A DNA stretch of 32,000 nucleotides from Thermoproteus tenax Kra 1 (GTDB taxonomy: Archaea > Thermoproteota > Thermoprotei > Thermoproteales > Thermoproteaceae), in assembly GCF_000253055.1 (NCBI RefSeq), contig NC_016070.1, forward strand, positions 1,740,001 to 1,772,000, given 5' to 3'. Positions 28,452-32,000 of this stretch are shown here, one piece after another. Position 1 is the first letter of the stretch; each line of letters begins with the position of its first letter. The translations under genes were made by a program, and so were the position numbers. The notes under the pieces were generated by a model, which ran no database searches, was not told where the DNA came from, and saw only the letters and a list, made by a program, of their open reading frames with translations.

Positions 28452-29516
28452 GTGTCTTGCGAGGAGGAGCCGATAGGCCGCCACCACGTCTTGGAGGGCC
28501 CGAAGCTGAGGATAAAGGCGCCCACCGTGAGGCGCCTCATCGAGGCCCATTACGGAGTCTATGGACATGCCACCGTTGAGCTTTGCAAGTGGACTAAGGA
28601 CGCGTTGGACGGCAGAGGCTCTTGCTATAAAGTTAAGTTCTATAACGCCCCCGCAGGCGGCTCGCATCGTTGCGTTGAGATGAGCCCCGTGGGCATGCTC
28701 TGCGATAACAGATGCATCTACTGTTGGCGCCCTACCCAAGAGTTTGACTCGTTTGTGCCCGAGGAGCTTTGGGTGATGGAGCCCGAGGAGGTAATTAGAG
28801 GAGTTCTGAAGGAGCGGGAGAGGCTCTTGTCGGGCTATTGGGCGCACGACCCAGAGAGGGTCAAGGAGGCTCTCGCCCCAACACATTGGGCCATATCATT
28901 GTCGGGGGAGCCGACCCTTTATCCCAAGTTGCCGGAGTTGGTCAAGCTCATAAAGTCGCTTCCCCACACAAAGTCCGTCTTCATAGTCACCAACGGGCAA
29001 CATCCCGAGATGTTGGAGCGCCTCATTAAGGAGGACGCGTTGCCCACCCAACTTTATCTCTCGATGAACGCCCCTAACAAGGAGCTGTTCTACGAAATCA
29101 ATGTGCCAATTTTAAACAAGGAGGACGCGTGGGAGCGTTGGCTGAAGAGCCTAGAGCTGTTGGCCGCCATGCCCACAAGGACTGTGGTGAGGATAACTCT
29201 AATAAGGAGTATGAACTACGATGAAAGGCTAATACCGCAGTTCGCCGAGCTGTTGAAGCGGGGGAACCCGCACTTCATTGAAGTAAAGAGCTATATGCAT
29301 CTGGGATACTCGACGAGGAGGCTGAGCCGTAACGACATGTTGACGCACCAAGAGGTAGTCGAGTGGGCCAAGAGGCTCAGAGACGAGCTGGAGCGCGCGG
29401 GGGCTAGATATGCCTATATGGACGACGATGAGAGGAGCAGAATAGCAGTCTTGCAGAACATGGACAGGTATATAGACCGTTGGATAGTCCCCCCTGGGTT
29501 CAACGGCTCGAGTTAG
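28452..29516 (+). CDS. taw1: tRNA 4-demethylwyosine synthase (TYW1/Taw1-like radical SAM)
   Basis: CVEMSPVGMLCDNRCIYCWRPTQEF (CxxxCxxC), LLSGYWAHDPERVKEALAPTHWAISLSGEPTLYPKLPEL, VFIVTNGQHPEML. Confidence 0.95.
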   Translation: MSCEEEPIGRHHVLEGPKLRIKAPTVRRLIEAHYGVYGHATVELCKWTKDALDGRGSCYKVKFYNAPAGGSHRCVEMSPVGMLCDNRCIYCWRPTQEFDSFVPEELWVMEPEEVIRGVLKERERLLSGYWAHDPERVKEALAPTHWAISLSGEPTLYPKLPELVKLIKSLPHTKSVFIVTNGQHPEMLERLIKEDALPTQLYLSMNAPNKELFYEINVPILNKEDAWERWLKSLELLAAMPTRTVVRITLIRSMNYDERLIPQFAELLKRGNPHFIEVKSYMHLGYSTRRLSRNDMLTHQEVVEWAKRLRDELERAGARYAYMDDDERSRIAVLQNMDRYIDRWIVPPGFNGSS

Positions 29517-29618
29517 GCAGACCGACCTAGGTTGGGCGTTTTCCGTAATTTCTTGTCGCGTCCCTCCCCTTCTCGAAAAATAAGCATTGAGGATTTTTAC
29601 CTCTGGTATTAGAGCTAC

Positions 29619-29825
29619 ATGCGGGGTCTCCTCTTTGTGGGCAGAGAGTCTAGGCTGAGGGCTCAAGCGCACCTCTTCGCGCAGATGGGGATTAAAGTTG
29701 TCGAGATGCCCGGCGATGAGGCGGTCTTGTATACGTATGACGAGAGGCGCGGCGGATCCATAATGTTGGAAGGCGACGAGATCTTGGAGTATGTTACTTT
29801 ATTTCGCCGTGGAGAGAAAAGCTAG
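29619..29825 (+). CDS. Hypothetical small protein (68 aa)
   Basis: MRGLLFVGRESRLRAQAHLFAQMGIKVVEMPGDEAVLYTYDERRGGSIMLEGDEILEYVTLF: balanced composition with alternating strand/helix pattern. Confidence 0.6.
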   Translation: MRGLLFVGRESRLRAQAHLFAQMGIKVVEMPGDEAVLYTYDERRGGSIMLEGDEILEYVTLFRRGEKS

Positions 29826-29966
29826 GCCCGCTCTGGCCCCTCAACCGGAGTTGAAACGTTCACTTGCCTGACGGCGCCGTTAAGCAGGTGAAGCGGCTGT
29901 ATCGTCAGAATACCTCGACCGTGAACGCCCTATCCAGCCACTTGAGCACTGTGCACTGCTCCGTCA

Positions 29967-30143
29967 TCAACCTTTGAGCTTATTTATAGTTTCGTCGAGG
30001 GCTTTGACCGTCTTCATGATCAGCTCGAAGTTGTGTTTGCCCAGGACGCGCTCCAGAGTTTTGAAGAACAACGCGCTGTCGCCCATTATCTTCTCCGGCC
30101 TCACTCCGGCGGCCCTCAGCTTCGCCCTAATGAGCGTCTTCAT
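29967..30143 (-). CDS. Hypothetical small helical protein
   Basis: MKTLIRAKLRAAGVRPEKIMGDSALFFKTLERVLGKHNFELIMKTVKALDETINKLKG. The upstream extension in the ORF track looks non-coding. Confidence 0.55.
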   Translation of the reverse strand: MKTLIRAKLRAAGVRPEKIMGDSALFFKTLERVLGKHNFELIMKTVKALDETINKLKG

Positions 30144-30302
30144 GTGCTCGTCCAAGTAGGAGAAGAGGAGCGCCGGCGGAGGGAGCGCGCCTCTGTCCAT
30201 ACGGAGGAGAGGGACGCCTCGTCCCCCTCTGTGAGGAGGCTCCACGAGAGGATAAGCGACCTTTAAAGGCGGGCCGCCAAAGAGGCGGACCCCGCCAGAA
30301 GG

Positions 30303-30476
30303 ATGCTACTGGAGGAGAGAGCCCGTCGCCTTAGGCGGTTTAGGAGGATCCGCGACGTCGTGGCGCGGGTCGCAGGGGAGATAATTGAGCCCGCCGGACA
30401 GAACAACGCCGCCATTGTAGTAGATGTGATGGATGGCAAGACGTATACTGCGAGGAAGCAGAGCGGCGGTATGTAG
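30303..30476 (+). CDS. Small basic protein, unannotated in the track (57 aa from ATG; frame open upstream to 30067+)
   Basis: MLLEERARRLRRFRRIRDVVARVAGEIIEPAGQNNAAIVVDVMDGKTYTARKQSGGM* by my translation. More coding-like than the antisense 30263..30538 ORF. Confidence 0.45.
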   Translation: MLLEERARRLRRFRRIRDVVARVAGEIIEPAGQNNAAIVVDVMDGKTYTARKQSGGM

Positions 30477-30489
30477 AATTTGACGAGCC

Positions 30490-30600
30490 CCTCTCCGCGT
30501 GGGCGCGGCCGTACTCCCCTCGCCCTGGGGCTGCCCAACGCGGCTCCGGGGCGGGCCCGGAGCCCCCGGAGGGGGCCGGGCGCCGCTAAGGGGGCGCTGA
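30490..30600 (-). repeat. G+C-rich dispersed element, copy B (reverse orientation relative to copy A)
   Basis: Reverse complement is collinear with 17252-17385. Contains a perfect 9-bp stem GGCTCCGGG(gcggg)CCCGGAGCC at 30542-30564. Confidence 0.65.
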
Positions 30601-31764
30601 GGTCTTAAGCTCCTCCTCGTAGGCCTTGAGGTCTTCGATGAGTTTGTTCAAATCTCTTTCCACAACGCCCATAGTTGGATCGAAGGGCGACTCAACTCCA
30701 GAGTCCTCCTCAGGCCAATAGATAAACACCCTTTTATGCGCGGTGTTCAAGGCGTAGTTAATCTCGGCGAACATGCCCCGGCTCAGGCGCCCCCCTCTGA
30801 ACGGCCTATACGCTGCAACGGCGTCTGCCTGTTGGATATACCGGTAGTCCTTATAGCGAATGATATTGTCTAGGTCTCTTAAGACCTCCTCCACCTGCTC
30901 CCTTGGTATTCGCACCGGATAGAGGCCCTCCTCGTCCTTACAGGCCGGCTCGATCCCCCTTGGCACATTCCAGACGTCCTCGGTCCTCACCTCCACTGTC
31001 GATCCCTGCCCCTTCTCCAACGCGACCCTCAACGCCCTCTCGTCGACAGTCAAGGGGTCGAACGCTGTGAAGAGTTGGTGCATGGCTCTGCGATATTCGT
31101 CTATTTCTTCTCTGGCCTTGGGGTCCTCGCGGACCCCCGTTATGGGGAACGAGAGGTAGACCCTCAACGACCTCTCAAAGATGAGCTTATGGAACGTTGA
31201 GGCGGGGTGTTTAACGGCGACGACGAAGTTGTCCACGCCGAGTTCCCTCGAGATTATGTCGGCTAGGAGTATAGTCGTGTTCCTCCAAGCTACGATGTCC
31301 TTCAGCCGGAAGTCTGCGCCGGTCCTTCTGCCCCTCTCCTCTCTCATCTGTACTCTCCGCCACATGACGTGTTCTTCCTCTATCAACGTGACTATCACGT
31401 CAGGCCTCAGCTCTCTGAAGGGGGCTAGGTCGAAGGCCGGGAAGAATCTGCTTTTGTTGAAGAAGGGTAGGTTCATCCCCACGATAATGTTCGCGGCCCC
31501 CTCGTCGGCAAGGCGCCGTAACATACGAGTGAAGGCCGAGCGCCATTCTTCCTCTTGCCATCTGTAGTCATCGCTCGTTAGAAAGGCGACCCAGTCTACT
31601 TTGGCTCTGAGAAAGTCCTCGAGGAAATAGACCGCCAAGCTCCTCCTCGATTCTTTGTCCTCAAGATCCTCAGGCAGGCCTCTGGCTCTATAGAAGTATC
31701 TCGCAATAGATCCGACAGTCTCCCTCAAGTTTACTCCAGTGGGGCCGAGGAAAAGCGCCCTCAC
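30586..31764 (-). CDS. Uncharacterised two-domain protein: degenerate P-loop-like N-terminus plus nucleoside 2-deoxyribosyltransferase-like C-terminus
   Basis: RALFLGPTGVNLRETVGSIARYFY at the N-terminus; RVYLSFPITGVREDP...FDPLTVDE...IQQADAVAAYRPFRGGRLSRGMFAEINYALNTAHKRVFIYWPEED at the C-terminus. Start set at an internal GTG, because the track's longer start runs into the tRNA. Confidence 0.75.
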   Translation of the reverse strand: MRALFLGPTGVNLRETVGSIARYFYRARGLPEDLEDKESRRSLAVYFLEDFLRAKVDWVAFLTSDDYRWQEEEWRSAFTRMLRRLADEGAANIIVGMNLPFFNKSRFFPAFDLAPFRELRPDVIVTLIEEEHVMWRRVQMREERGRRTGADFRLKDIVAWRNTTILLADIISRELGVDNFVVAVKHPASTFHKLIFERSLRVYLSFPITGVREDPKAREEIDEYRRAMHQLFTAFDPLTVDERALRVALEKGQGSTVEVRTEDVWNVPRGIEPACKDEEGLYPVRIPREQVEEVLRDLDNIIRYKDYRYIQQADAVAAYRPFRGGRLSRGMFAEINYALNTAHKRVFIYWPEEDSGVESPFDPTMGVVERDLNKLIEDLKAYEEELKTSAPP

Positions 31765-31797
31765 AGATCGTACTAGGACGTGTATTAAAATAGCACA

Positions 31798-31869
31798 GGC
31801 CGCCGCCGGGATTTGAACCCGGGTCAAAGGGGCCACAGCCCTCCATCCTGACCGCTAGACTACGGCGGC
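31798..31869 (-). tRNA. tRNA-His (anticodon GTG)
   Basis: Minus strand GCCGCCG TA GTCTAGCGGTCAGGAT G GAGGG CTGTGGC CCCTT TGAC CCGGG TTCAAAT CCCGG CGGCGGC C. Complete cloverleaf, anticodon GTG, discriminator C73, CCA not encoded. Confidence 0.93.
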
Positions 31870-31971
31870 ATCAATCCCCTTTCTGTTGATTTTAAAATTT
31901 ATGCCCCTATAGCTGACACAAGGGGGCCCTAATAGAAGGAGAAAAACGGGCTTTGAAGGATTTGGAAAAGC

Positions 31972-32000
31972 CTAGATTTCCTCGACCTCTGCTACGGCCT
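31972..32000 (-). CDS. Possible C-terminal end of a gene continuing beyond the window
   Basis: Minus strand reads ...AVAEVEEI* with the stop at 31972-31974. Too short to identify. Confidence 0.25.

Noticed and set aside
29840-29860. gttgaaacg resembling the 3' end of some archaeal CRISPR repeats
   Set aside because: It occurs once here, with no regularly spaced repeats and no cas genes in the window.
31765-31836. N-terminal extension MAPLTRVQIPAAACAILIHVLVRS of the 30586 ORF
   Set aside because: It overlaps the tRNA-His T-arm and acceptor region, where such peptides are a translation artefact. An internal GTG at 31764 gives the first domain-like residues.

Overview
This is a compact, gene-dense archaeal chromosome segment that looks like Thermoproteales (Thermoproteus/Pyrobaculum-like); that placement comes from protein families and TATA-like promoters, not from a database search. 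Most of it is core metabolism and information processing. It contains an Fe3+/cobalamin-type ABC importer, a NurA-like nuclease, MTA phosphorylase, an SUI1-like factor, ArgS and ribosomal proteins L7Ae/L24e/S28e/L40e. It also has HtpX, a threonine pathway block (hom + antiporter; asd-lysC-thrC), an SppA/ClpP-like membrane protease, MarC, ADP-forming acyl-CoA synthetase subunits, ferredoxin, NUDIX, NAD(P)HX repair, an M16 peptidase, a TYW1/Taw1-like wyosine enzyme and a tRNA-His. No CRISPR array, intact transposon or clear defence island is visible. The best second-look items are: (1) two homologous, very G+C-rich intergenic elements in opposite orientation (about 17252-17385 and about 30490-30600), one supplying the last codons of a gene; (2) an unannotated C/D-box sRNA candidate at about 24552-24604 with a shared bidirectional TATA; (3) thrC, whose N-terminal zinc ribbon is open but has no start codon, while a perfectly placed leaderless ATG sits one frame off; (4) a protein combining a degenerate P-loop N-terminus with a deoxyribosyltransferase-like C-terminus; (5) a PD-(D/E)XK-like orphan protein; (6) tRNA-His without an encoded G-1; (7) a roughly 600-bp degenerate interval. 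I do not see a convincing complete new biological system.
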